Positions 24,465-32,980 of a stretch of 33,045 bases of DNA are shown here, in pieces. This DNA comes from a virus. Its lineage: Duplodnaviria > Caudoviricetes. A program made the position numbers and the translations under genes. A model generated the notes under the pieces. That model did no database searches. It was not told where the DNA came from and saw nothing but the letters and a program-made list of their open reading frames with translations. The DNA is taken from positions 1 to 33,045 of IMG/VR virus record IMGVR_UViG_3300037423_000659, one strand, 5' to 3'. The first letter of the stretch is position 1. Each line of letters starts with the position of its first letter.

Positions 24465-25186
24465 AAAAGAGCGACCTAGCGGAACTCTTCACCAAGGCGG
24501 CAATCATCGATCGACGGTTGCCGATCATGGCCAAACCGGCGGCCCTGAGGGCACAGCAAATCCCTTATGTGCATGACGAAGCTGATCAGCGCGGATGGTT
24601 CCCCGTTGCAGGTAGGACCAAGAGCGAGCGCATCGCCAACCGGAAGAAGCTGAAGTGCAGCTTGCAAGAAGGGGACATAGGTCGATACGCGGAAGAGCGC
24701 ATGAAAATGCTGGATCCTGATCACCAGCGCATTCTTCCCGAAGATGTCACCGATTGGGAGACGGTCAACGAATATCTCTGGCTGGTGACCGATGAGGACA
24801 ACCGCAAGGCGCTCCTCAATTGGGCAAAGGCAAAAGCTGGTGGCCGCCCGTTCAAGCATTGGTGCAAGAAGAACGGAATTCATGAAGAAACCGGCCGGAG
24901 GCGCAAGGATCGAGCGCTTGGAGTGATTTCCGCGCATCTTATTCGCATCAAATCGCAGAATGACGCAATTGACGTTCTGGCCCTGTTGCCCACACCCCCC
25001 TTTTTCGAGCATATTTCGGATAACATCAGCCGGCATATCGAGGAGCCAAAACCAGGCACATGGATGGACGATCTGGCCTTCAGCCCGGTCGAGCATCCAG
25101 AGGTCAGGGACTTCTCTTGGGCTGAAAAACGGAACGAAGCCCGCCGTCAGCGCGAACGCAAGAGACGCGAGCAGCAGGCGGCATAA
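24461..25186 (+). CDS. putative late-gene regulator (Q position)
   Basis: Last gene before the tRNA/late region; helical C-terminal HTH-like 'FKHWCKKNGIHEETGRRRKDRAL'; function inferred from position only. Confidence 0.5.
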   Translation: MKKSDLAELFTKAAIIDRRLPIMAKPAALRAQQIPYVHDEADQRGWFPVAGRTKSERIANRKKLKCSLQEGDIGRYAEERMKMLDPDHQRILPEDVTDWETVNEYLWLVTDEDNRKALLNWAKAKAGGRPFKHWCKKNGIHEETGRRRKDRALGVISAHLIRIKSQNDAIDVLALLPTPPFFEHISDNISRHIEEPKPGTWMDDLAFSPVEHPEVRDFSWAEKRNEARRQRERKRREQQAA

Positions 25187-25192
25187 CAGTTA

Positions 25193-25268
25193 CGCAGGAT
25201 AGCCAAGTGGTTAAGGCCTCCGGCTCATAACCGGAAGATCGGCGGTTCAATTCCGCCTCCTGACACCA
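25193..25268 (+). tRNA. tRNA-Met (CAT), initiator-like
   Basis: Cloverleaf: D stem GCC/GGC, anticodon stem TCCGG/CCGGA with loop CTCATAA, T arm GGCGG-TTCAATT-CCGCC, encoded CCA; acceptor pairs 1:72 and 2:71 are mismatched. Confidence 0.88.
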
Positions 25269-25274
25269 TCACAG

Positions 25275-25300
25275 CCCGTCGCCACCGCGACGGGTTTTCT
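25275..25300 (+). terminator. intrinsic terminator after the tRNA
   Basis: CCCGTCGC-CACC-GCGACGGG followed by TTTTCT. Confidence 0.85.
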
Positions 25301-25322
25301 ATCTCACCAAGAGGCAATCACG

Positions 25323-25622
25323 ATGACACCTGGCACGGAAGGCATCCGCGTCAACGACAGCAGGTTTGTCGTTATCGAGAACTGCACCTTCAGGCGACGG
25401 AAACCATGGCGCATCCTCGCCGCTATTGAGGTTGTTCGTGTTTTCCTTGTGCGCTGGTTGCCATTGGTCATGCTGGTGTTCATCGTCACTTCTGTGGTGG
25501 ACATCTATTTCCAATACCAGCGCCTCCAGTCACAGAACCGCATGACAGCGGTAATGATCGAACTCGGCAAGCGCGTCGATATCATCAAGGCGCAGCCGGC
25601 TCAGATTGGATCGCCACGATGA
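25323..25622 (+). CDS. membrane protein
   Basis: GAGG SD; hydrophobic helix WLPLVMLVFIVTSVVDIYF. Confidence 0.65.
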   Translation: MTPGTEGIRVNDSRFVVIENCTFRRRKPWRILAAIEVVRVFLVRWLPLVMLVFIVTSVVDIYFQYQRLQSQNRMTAVMIELGKRVDIIKAQPAQIGSPR

Positions 25623-25777
25623 TCCCACACGACCCCGATCGCAACATCACCATGCCGCAAGGCACCGAACGAGACTTCCTACCCACAGACGAGAACGACA
25701 TCAATCACTTCTCCTATCTGAAGTGGTGGTTCGCCTTCGTCCTTGTCTTCGTCGCCGCGATTGTTTTCGTACGATGA
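25619..25777 (+). CDS. 52-aa C-terminally anchored membrane protein
   Basis: MIPHDPD...KWWFAFVLVFVAAIVFVR; ATGA overlaps at both ends; absent from the ORF track. Confidence 0.6.
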   Translation: MIPHDPDRNITMPQGTERDFLPTDENDINHFSYLKWWFAFVLVFVAAIVFVR

Positions 25778-25953
25778 CCGCCACCGCCTTCCCCCACACC
25801 CGCCGTGCCCGGCTGATCTACTACCTGCGCAGCGGCCTGTCATTCATGCTGCTGTCGTGGGCCATGACCGTTGCCCCGCAGCGTGAGCGGTTCTCCCTCG
25901 CTATGGCTGCAAGGGATCATGCCTACAGAACGATGGGGGTGGATGTGAAATGA
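25774..25953 (+). CDS. small hypothetical protein
   Basis: Start MTATAF at 25774, ATGA-coupled. Confidence 0.55.
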   Translation: MTATAFPHTRRARLIYYLRSGLSFMLLSWAMTVAPQRERFSLAMAARDHAYRTMGVDVK

Positions 25954-26207
25954 CATTCACCTTCGCGCTGTCTGACCTCGAAGAGAAACAGGCCAAGACA
26001 GTGAGCGATATTGGCCGATCGTTTCAGCAGCGGTTTACCGCCTTGGGATTCACGCCAGGAACTTTCGCCGATCGCATGGAAGTGGAGCCGAACAACGCCA
26101 TGCGCCTTTTATCTGGGTCAAGAGATTTCAGGATTTGCGAACTGATCTCCGTTGCCGATGTTCTTGGCATGGATGTTGAGATCAAGTTGACGGCTAAGGC
26201 CAAATGA
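25950..26207 (+). CDS. XRE-like HTH protein
   Basis: 'FADRMEVEPNNAMRLLSG..DF.I.ELI.VADVLGM.VEIKL'. Confidence 0.65.
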   Translation: MTFTFALSDLEEKQAKTVSDIGRSFQQRFTALGFTPGTFADRMEVEPNNAMRLLSGSRDFRICELISVADVLGMDVEIKLTAKAK

Positions 26208-26302
26208 CCCGCCCTCTCTGGCTCCCAATTACCTCCATCATCTTGGCGGCGCTGCTATGCTTGGTCCTAATTGCGATGCTGCCGGGAGGGACGGGAGGAT
26301 GA
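26204..26302 (+). CDS. 32-aa membrane peptide
   Basis: MTRPLWLPITSIILAALLCLVLIAMLPGGTGG; ATGA-coupled on both sides. Confidence 0.5.
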   Translation: MTRPLWLPITSIILAALLCLVLIAMLPGGTGG

Positions 26303-26610
26303 ATAGGCAAGAGCGTGAAGCTTTCAAGGCCGGGTTTGCCGATGGCATGCGGCTTGGCATCATCTTCCTTGCCAGCATCGCTGTTGATCTGGCGGCTGCT
26401 CTGCTTATCAATCTCCTCGTGTTTGGCCCGAACCTCGCAAACGCATCCATACACCCCGGCAACGAACCTATCGCCATTCTCCCACAGCCGCTCGCTGACG
26501 CGCAGCAGCCAAAGCCGCGATGCGTGAGGCTTCGCACTACGATCGTCACTGTACACCTTGCTAATGGTGCAGTGCTGATAGCGCCGATGACCATTGCGGT
26601 GCCGTGTTGA
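26299..26610 (+). CDS. membrane protein
   Basis: Start MNRQER; long hydrophobic segment GIIFLASIAVDLAAALLINLLVF. Confidence 0.55.
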   Translation: MNRQEREAFKAGFADGMRLGIIFLASIAVDLAAALLINLLVFGPNLANASIHPGNEPIAILPQPLADAQQPKPRCVRLRTTIVTVHLANGAVLIAPMTIAVPC

Positions 26611-26678
26611 ATAGATCTGGATGGTTCGGGCCTTTATTCGGAAACCCAAAACCACCAACCCAACAACAGGAAACAGAC

Positions 26679-26729
26679 ATGGCAAAGAAGACCAAACCGA
26701 AGCCGATGAAGCCGCGGCCGGGGTGCTGA
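26679..26729 (+). CDS. 16-aa basic peptide MAKKTKPKPMKPRPGC
   Basis: AGGA SD and an A/C-rich unstructured leader; stop lies 1 nt before the next ATG. Confidence 0.45.
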   Translation: MAKKTKPKPMKPRPGC

Positions 26730-26730
26730 C

Positions 26731-26958
26731 ATGAAGCGCCGATCGTTTCTATCGCTATTTGTGCTGTCTCCATTCTCCTCGGCAATTGAGTGCGAGGCTG
26801 CGGCAACCAGCATGAAGATCGAGAAGGCGAAAGAAAAGGTGGCGCGTCAAATAGGCAAGACTGAGGTCGCTGGAATCCGCTGGCCTAGTTCAGTACTTAT
26901 TGGAGCTAGAGGCGGTGGCGGCGGTGCATCTGGCGGGGGCTCTTCTTTGCATGGATGA
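26731..26958 (+). CDS. small protein with a twin-arginine-like N-terminus
   Basis: MKRRSFL...; Gly-rich tail. Confidence 0.5.
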   Translation: MKRRSFLSLFVLSPFSSAIECEAAATSMKIEKAKEKVARQIGKTEVAGIRWPSSVLIGARGGGGGASGGGSSLHG

Positions 26959-26973
26959 CAATGGTGTCGTAGG

Positions 26974-27180
26974 ATGAAGAATCTTTATCCAAATCTTTAC
27001 GCCGCTATGGAGAAGAAGGACGCCGCTCTTTTGCAAGAGTTGCAGGGTGCAATATTTGCCACGGCCTGGGATATATGGCGCGTGAGACATCCAGAGGATT
27101 TCGTCGGTACATCTCATAGCACGACTTTGGCCGAGATGGAGGCTGACCCGGACCGCTTCATCAAGCAGAAAGTTTTGTAA
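26974..27180 (+). CDS. hypothetical protein
   Basis: 68-aa ORF. Confidence 0.55.
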   Translation: MKNLYPNLYAAMEKKDAALLQELQGAIFATAWDIWRVRHPEDFVGTSHSTTLAEMEADPDRFIKQKVL

Positions 27181-27181
27181 G

Positions 27182-27322
27182 ATGAGCACCTATCTGAGAA
27201 TCTTTTGGGATGCGGTGACCAGCCTTCACGAATATTCCAAGGCCAATCCATGGAAGTTTTATTCCGCCTACCTCGTGTTTGTCGTCTGCTTTGTGTCCAC
27301 GGCGCATTACATCAGCGGATAA
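27182..27322 (+). CDS. 46-aa membrane protein
   Basis: MSTYLRIFW...YSAYLVFVVCFVSTAHYISG; starts 1 nt after the upstream stop. Confidence 0.45.
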   Translation: MSTYLRIFWDAVTSLHEYSKANPWKFYSAYLVFVVCFVSTAHYISG

Positions 27323-27399
27323 AGAGACACCAAACTCGTTGTTTTCACTCCAGGCTCGGCTCACCCCCGGCCTTTTCCTCGTCCGGAAGGTAACGCAAG

Positions 27400-27678
27400 A
27401 TGGCTGTAGCGACAGACCCTAAGCACGGCTTCAAGGATAATAACATTCTTGCGCCGGCATTGAATTTCGCCACGATAACCCCGACAGACAGCACGGCATT
27501 TTCATTCGGTCTCACGCGCGCTATTTATGTTGGTGTCGGCGGGGATGTGAACGTCTATGATTATGCTGGCACAGCGTTCCTGTTCAAAAATGTCCCATCG
27601 GGGACGACGCTTCCCGGCCGCTTCGGTGGTGTCGCGTCGACCAGCACGACGGCAACCAACATGATTGCTGAATACTGA
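27400..27678 (+). CDS. head spike base protein (RcGTA Rcc01079-like)
   Basis: 'PA....ITP.D......TRAIYVG.GGDV.V....G...LFKNVP.G..LP......T.TTAT.M.A' family pattern. Confidence 0.72.
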   Translation: MAVATDPKHGFKDNNILAPALNFATITPTDSTAFSFGLTRAIYVGVGGDVNVYDYAGTAFLFKNVPSGTTLPGRFGGVASTSTTATNMIAEY

Positions 27679-27807
27679 TACCCATCTGCGCCAACCTTTG
27701 CTCCTGCCCAACCCGCGGCGGAAATAGAAACGGGTATCGATCACCTGGGAAGACCAGCACCGCGGCGCAGCCGGTCATATGTAGCGGTGTAATCGTGCAA
27801 GCGGGGC

Positions 27808-28041
27808 CTAAAGTCCATTCAGTTTCATTAGATCGTCGTTGATCCGGGTTTGCCAGCCTCCGCCGGTGGCACGGTATTTATCGAGCATCGCGGTAGAAAG
27901 CCGCAACGTGATTGTCTCCTTGCCGGACTTCGGACGTCCGCGCGGTCGTTGCTCACCCGCCGGCAAAGCAGGGTTGGCATCCATCTTCACCGCAGGTGGC
28001 TTTGCGGCAGGCTTAGCGGTCTCTCTGAATTGTATTGCCAT
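27808..28041 (-). CDS. BrnA-like antitoxin (RHH), orphan
   Basis: 'RGRPK..KE.ITLRL....L..YRATG.GWQTRIN..L' BrnA/DUF4415 signature; GAGGT SD. Confidence 0.82.
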   Translation of the reverse strand: MAIQFRETAKPAAKPPAVKMDANPALPAGEQRPRGRPKSGKETITLRLSTAMLDKYRATGGGWQTRINDDLMKLNGL

Positions 28042-28101
28042 ACATAATCATACCTCGAATAGATTTGTTTAACAAATAAAATAGAGACAAGGGAAAGAAA
28101 G

Positions 28102-28494
28102 ATGCCAGACGAAAAACCCCGAAAGAACGGGGATAAAACGGGCAAGCCGACCCCCCCAATCGAACATCAGTTCAAACCTGGCAATCCGGGCCGTCCGAAA
28201 GGCGCTCGCAATCGCTTGGGGGAGGCGTTCATCGAAGACCTTCTAGCTGCGTGGGAAAGCCGAGGCGCATCTGCGATTACGAGCGTGATCGACAAACGCC
28301 CGCAAGACTTCCTCAAGGTCGTCGCATCGCTGATGCCAAAGGATTTGAATGTCAACGTCAACCAGATCGGCGAAATGACCGATGAGCAACTTATTGACAG
28401 GATCAGAAAGCTCGACGCCACCATCGGACCTTTCCTCGCTGCTCATGGAACGGATGGAACTGGCGGCGGAAATCGACAGAAGACAACGCACTAA
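28102..28494 (+). CDS. terS: terminase small subunit
   Basis: 'QFKPGNPGRPKGARN' (DUF5681-like); directly upstream of TerL. Confidence 0.75.
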   Translation: MPDEKPRKNGDKTGKPTPPIEHQFKPGNPGRPKGARNRLGEAFIEDLLAAWESRGASAITSVIDKRPQDFLKVVASLMPKDLNVNVNQIGEMTDEQLIDRIRKLDATIGPFLAAHGTDGTGGGNRQKTTH

Positions 28495-29854
28495 TAAGCT
28501 AAGGGCATATAGTCCTTACGCAAAGCAGGTCGAATTTCACGATGCTGGGGCGACATTCAGCGAACGGCTGTTCATGGCGGGCAACCAGCTCGGCAAGACA
28601 GTGGCTGGTGGTGCCGAATGGGCAATGCATCTCACAGGCCGTTATCCGAAGTGGTGGGAAGGCGCGACATTCGAAAAGCCGCCGCTATTGTGGGCCGGCT
28701 CGGTTACAGGCGAAAGTACGCGGGACAATCCGCAGCGTATCCTGATCGGCCCTCCTGCGAAAGAGGAAGAATGGGGAACCGGCTTTGTCCCTGCTGATTG
28801 CATTGTCGATCGTCAAAGAGCGGTGGGCGTTCCAAACCTGCTCGATAACGTCGTTGTGCGTTGGGGCGGAGGCGGTGATATCCAGGCTAGCCATGGCGTC
28901 ATTTCGTTCAAGGCTTATGAGAAGGGCCGCGAGAAATGGCAGGGCCCGACAGTTGACGGCGTGTGGTTTGACGAAGAGCCGCCGGAGGACATTTACAGCG
29001 AAGGCTTGACGCGAACCAACAACGGTCAGCGCGGCCAATTTGCAATGCAGACATTCACGCCGCTGCTCGGCATGTCAACGGTTGTTCTGCGGTTTCTGAG
29101 CCCTGCCAACGGTGATCCTGGTGCCCTTTCCCGTCACGTCACGTCGATGACGATTGATGATGCGGAGCACTATTCCGAGGAGGAAAAGGCGAAGATCATC
29201 GCAAGTTACCCTGCGCATGAGCGGGAAGCGAGAGCGAAAGGCATCCCAGCGCTCGGGTCTGGGCGCATCTTCCCGGTAACGGAAGAAAGCATAACAGTTG
29301 AGCCGTTCGAAATCCCGAAGCACTGGGCTCAGTTAGGCGGGCTGGATTTCGGTTGGGATCATCCGACAGCTGCGGTCAACATCGCATGGGATCGCGATGC
29401 GGATGTTATCTACGTCATTCGCGAGCACAGGGAAAGCCAGCAGACGCCGGTTATTCACGCAGCAACAGTCAGGCCGTGGGGCGATTGGCTGCCTTGGGCG
29501 TGGCCTCATGATGGCAACAACGACACTGCAGCTGGCGAGAACTTGGCGAAGCAATATCGTGATCAGAACCTCAACATGCTGCCCGAGCGAGCAACGTTCG
29601 AGGACGGAACGAACAGCGTCGAAGCCGGGATCATGGAAATGCTCGACCGCATGAAGACGGGCAGATGGAAGGTCTTCCGCACTTGCCCGAAATGGTTCGA
29701 GGAATTCCGCATGTATCATCGCAAGGACGGCAAGGTAGTGAAGGTCATGGACGACCTCCTGTCTGCATCGCGCTACGCGATGATGATGAAGCGCTTTGCC
29801 GAGGTGAAGCCGTCTCCGCACAACTTCAAGATCGATCGCAGATGGGTGGCATAG
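28382..29854 (+). CDS. terL: terminase large subunit (P22-like)
   Basis: 'KQ.EFH', Walker A 'MAGNQLGKT', Walker B 'WFDEEP', 'TFTP', nuclease 'LDFGWDHP', 'DDLLSASRYA'; start uncertain (28382 or ~28446). Confidence 0.95.
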   Translation: MSNLLTGSESSTPPSDLSSLLMERMELAAEIDRRQRTNKLRAYSPYAKQVEFHDAGATFSERLFMAGNQLGKTVAGGAEWAMHLTGRYPKWWEGATFEKPPLLWAGSVTGESTRDNPQRILIGPPAKEEEWGTGFVPADCIVDRQRAVGVPNLLDNVVVRWGGGGDIQASHGVISFKAYEKGREKWQGPTVDGVWFDEEPPEDIYSEGLTRTNNGQRGQFAMQTFTPLLGMSTVVLRFLSPANGDPGALSRHVTSMTIDDAEHYSEEEKAKIIASYPAHEREARAKGIPALGSGRIFPVTEESITVEPFEIPKHWAQLGGLDFGWDHPTAAVNIAWDRDADVIYVIREHRESQQTPVIHAATVRPWGDWLPWAWPHDGNNDTAAGENLAKQYRDQNLNMLPERATFEDGTNSVEAGIMEMLDRMKTGRWKVFRTCPKWFEEFRMYHRKDGKVVKVMDDLLSASRYAMMMKRFAEVKPSPHNFKIDRRWVA

Positions 29855-32188
29855 TTGGCTGAACAACTAGACGAAACGCGCCTCAAAGCTCTCATTGCCG
29901 AAGAAATCTCGCTTGCCGAGAACTTCGCGCAATCAGAACTGACGCCGGATCGTGAACGCGCGATCAATTATTACAACGGCACGGTTCCCGATGTGCCGGC
30001 TGTTGAAGGTCGTTCGCAATATATCAGCCGCGATGTTTCGAACGTCGTTGGATGGATGCTGCCTGACCTTATGCGCATCTTCACCGCATCCGATCGCGTG
30101 TTGGACTGCATTCCTGAAACACAGAAGGACGAAGAGACGGCGGAACAGGCCGCGGACTACATCAATTATGTCTTCTGGCAGGACAATCCAGGATACCAGA
30201 TCATGCGCGATGCGGAATGGGACGCGCTGGTCAATAAGGACGGGATTATCAAGCAGTTCTGGGAGGTCAAGCAGGACTGCAAATATTCCACCTATACCGG
30301 GCTCGATGCTGATCAAGTCGCGGTAATTCTCGATGAGGAAGGCGTTGAACTCGTAGAGCAGTCGAAGCCATATACCGCACTGACGCCTGTAGAGGTGGAA
30401 GTTCCTCCGCCTCAGCAGCCACAACAGCCGCCGATGGTCGATCTGCAATCACCCGACTTACCGTCGCAGACGAGCGCAGAAGACCAGCAGCAAGCGCCGC
30501 AGCCTGACATGATGGAAGGGCAGGAACAGCAGCCAGAAGCCGCTCCAGAGCCGCCTGAGACAGTCATTCAGATGCAGCCCGTCGAATTGTTCGACATCAA
30601 GATCAAGCGCGTCATCAATAAGGGCAGGTTGACCTACCAGACGGTAGCGCCAGAAGATTTTATCACGGATTCGAACGCCATCGATCTCGTGGAGAATTGG
30701 CGCTTTCAGGCCGAGCGGGCGAAGAACGTCACGCGATCCGACCTGATCAAGATGGGCTTCGACCGTGACCGCATCGATGCCATTCCGGCATTCCAATCGC
30801 AGGACACGTCAACGGAGGACTTGGCCCGTCGTCATCTAGTGACCGGTCAATACGACAATCCAGAGCGTTCAATGGAGAGGGTCAACCTCTACGAATGTTA
30901 TGTGAAGATGGACATCAACGACGATGGCATGGCCGAAATCGTCAAGGTCATGTATGCCGGCGACAGCGGCGGGGCGGAAATCCTCGATTGGGAGGAATGG
31001 GACGACGAAACGCCCTATGACAAAATCCCGTGTAATCCTGTCCCGCACCGCTTTGCATCGGATAGTGTCGCCGATGAAGTAATGGACGTTATGAAGTTCA
31101 AGACGGTTATCGGCCGTCAGTTGTTCGATAACCTCTACATGACGAACACGCCGCAACCGATCTATGACTCTGGCTCGATCCTCAATCCTGATGCTGTGGC
31201 AAACCCTGGCATCGGCGTTCCGATCATCAAGAAGGCTGGCACTGCGCCTATGCAGTGGAACATCACGCCTTTCATCGGCGACAAAGCGCTGATGGCAATG
31301 AACTACCTTGACGACGTGATTGAGATGCGGACTGGCGTCTCTCGTTCGTCAATGTCGCTCGATCCAGAGGTGTTGCAGAACCAGACAGCAGCCGCAGTCA
31401 ACGCAACGCAGTCGAATTCGCATGCGCAGGTCGAGTTGATCGCCCGTGACCAGGCTGAACTCGGATGGAAGCGCGTCTTTCAGAAGTCGCTCAAGATCAC
31501 GGTCAAGAACCAGGACCGCCCGCGCACAATCCGCCTCCGCGATAAGTGGGTGGACATGGACCCGCGCCAGTGGAACGCAAACATGGACATCGTGATCAAT
31601 ATCGGTCTTGGAACCGGATCGCGTGACCGTGACATGGCGATGCTGACGAACATCCTTGCCACGCAACAGGCGGACATGACGCAATTGCAGGCCGCTGGCT
31701 TTGTTGAAGACGCAATCGATATGATCCCGAAGATCATCAAGACGCAGGTCAAGATTGCCGAAGCGGCTGGCATAAAATCGCCTGAGACATTCTATCCTGA
31801 AATCCCGACAGAGCGCCTTGAACAGATGAAGCAGCAGGCCAAAGCGGCCCAAGGACAGCCATCGCCGGCAGATCAGGCAGCGAAAGACAAACTCGACGCC
31901 GAGATGCAGATGAAGCAGGCCGACATGCAAATGAGGGCCCAACAGTCTCAAGCTGACAACGCCATGAAGCAACAGCAGATGCAGCAGGACACACAGGTCA
32001 AGCAGCAGCAGCTTGCCGCCGAGTTGCAGTTGAAGCGCGAGCAGCTTCAGGCCGAGTTGCAGTTGAAGCGCGAGCAGATGGCTGCGGAACTTCAGTTGCA
32101 GCGCGAGTCTGCCATCATGAACGCCCATGCTGCGGCATCAAGGCCGATCGTCAGCAGTGACGTTCATATCGGGGGTCAACCCGGTTAA
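29855..32188 (+). CDS. portal protein (P22-like, long Q-rich C-terminal barrel)
   Basis: 777 aa directly after TerL; 'R.RAI.YYNG...GRS..ISRDV...V.WMLP.L.RIF', 'RTGV', 'G.GTG' portal motifs; TTG start. Confidence 0.9.
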   Translation: MAEQLDETRLKALIAEEISLAENFAQSELTPDRERAINYYNGTVPDVPAVEGRSQYISRDVSNVVGWMLPDLMRIFTASDRVLDCIPETQKDEETAEQAADYINYVFWQDNPGYQIMRDAEWDALVNKDGIIKQFWEVKQDCKYSTYTGLDADQVAVILDEEGVELVEQSKPYTALTPVEVEVPPPQQPQQPPMVDLQSPDLPSQTSAEDQQQAPQPDMMEGQEQQPEAAPEPPETVIQMQPVELFDIKIKRVINKGRLTYQTVAPEDFITDSNAIDLVENWRFQAERAKNVTRSDLIKMGFDRDRIDAIPAFQSQDTSTEDLARRHLVTGQYDNPERSMERVNLYECYVKMDINDDGMAEIVKVMYAGDSGGAEILDWEEWDDETPYDKIPCNPVPHRFASDSVADEVMDVMKFKTVIGRQLFDNLYMTNTPQPIYDSGSILNPDAVANPGIGVPIIKKAGTAPMQWNITPFIGDKALMAMNYLDDVIEMRTGVSRSSMSLDPEVLQNQTAAAVNATQSNSHAQVELIARDQAELGWKRVFQKSLKITVKNQDRPRTIRLRDKWVDMDPRQWNANMDIVINIGLGTGSRDRDMAMLTNILATQQADMTQLQAAGFVEDAIDMIPKIIKTQVKIAEAAGIKSPETFYPEIPTERLEQMKQQAKAAQGQPSPADQAAKDKLDAEMQMKQADMQMRAQQSQADNAMKQQQMQQDTQVKQQQLAAELQLKREQLQAELQLKREQMAAELQLQRESAIMNAHAAASRPIVSSDVHIGGQPG
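32018..32107 (+). repeat. 33-bp period repeat in the portal tail (AELQLKREQ x2 exact, third degenerate)
   Basis: GCCGAGTTGCAGTTGAAGCGCGAGCAG at 32018 and 32051; degenerate copy at 32084. Confidence 0.85.
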
Positions 32189-32248
32189 GAATTCCGCATC
32201 CAGCGGATAGGCGGCTGCGGCCGTCGCTTTCAGCAAGAGGAAATAGCT

Positions 32249-32488
32249 ATGCATAAGATCGAGTACCGGGTGCGCCCGGTGACGCGGTGGATTGTCACGC
32301 GTTGGGAAAGCCAAAGCAACGATAACGGCAATGCTAGCGGCGGATGTGCCCCATGTGGAGAGTTCGCCAACGAAGATGCGGCATACAAAGCCGGTGAAGC
32401 GCTCGCCTTCAAAGAGCGCGAAGACTTGGGCTGGCCTCCCGGTGATGAGCGCATGCAGTTCCCCGACCGTTACAAGGCGGAGGGCTGA
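32249..32488 (+). CDS. hypothetical protein inserted in the head module
   Basis: GAGGA SD; 'EYRVRPVTRWIVTRW...GEF.N...A'. Confidence 0.7.
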   Translation: MHKIEYRVRPVTRWIVTRWESQSNDNGNASGGCAPCGEFANEDAAYKAGEALAFKEREDLGWPPGDERMQFPDRYKAEG

Positions 32489-32491
32489 GCG

Positions 32492-32695
32492 ATGACTGAT
32501 ATTCCAGACGTCGCACTTAAGGTGCGATTCATCGAAAACAAATTGTTCGCAACGAAGGTCACCACTTCGACGTCCAAAGGGTTCCCATTTATCGAACTGG
32601 AGAACGTGAGCGAACCGAAAACTTCTCCAAACGTCTATCTCACGGTTGATGACCTGAAGACGCTGATTGCCATCGCCGAGGCGGACCTAGCGTGA
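32492..32695 (+). CDS. hypothetical protein
   Basis: 67 aa, GGAGG upstream. Confidence 0.55.
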   Translation: MTDIPDVALKVRFIENKLFATKVTTSTSKGFPFIELENVSEPKTSPNVYLTVDDLKTLIAIAEADLA

Positions 32696-32949
32696 CGCCA
32701 GAAGAAAAGCTTGAACGCCAGCGCCTGGCACTCGAAGCCAAGCGCCTCACGACAGACGAAACGCTTATCTCCGCTCTATCCCGCGTCCGGCAAAATGCCG
32801 TCGATGCACTTATCAGGGCGGATGCAACTATTACCGCAGATATCATTCGCTTTCAGACGAAGGTGACGGTCTGCGATGAATTCCTGACTGAGTTAGCGAC
32901 AATGATCGAACTCCAGTCAGTTGAAGAATCCCGGTCCAGAATGGTCTGA
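32692..32949 (+). CDS. small conserved head-module protein
   Basis: GTG start; helical 'EAKRL..DE....AL'; lies between portal and putative scaffold. Confidence 0.65.
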   Translation: MTPEEKLERQRLALEAKRLTTDETLISALSRVRQNAVDALIRADATITADIIRFQTKVTVCDEFLTELATMIELQSVEESRSRMV

Positions 32950-32980
32950 CAGCCGGGGATACCCCAGAGGAAAATGAAGG

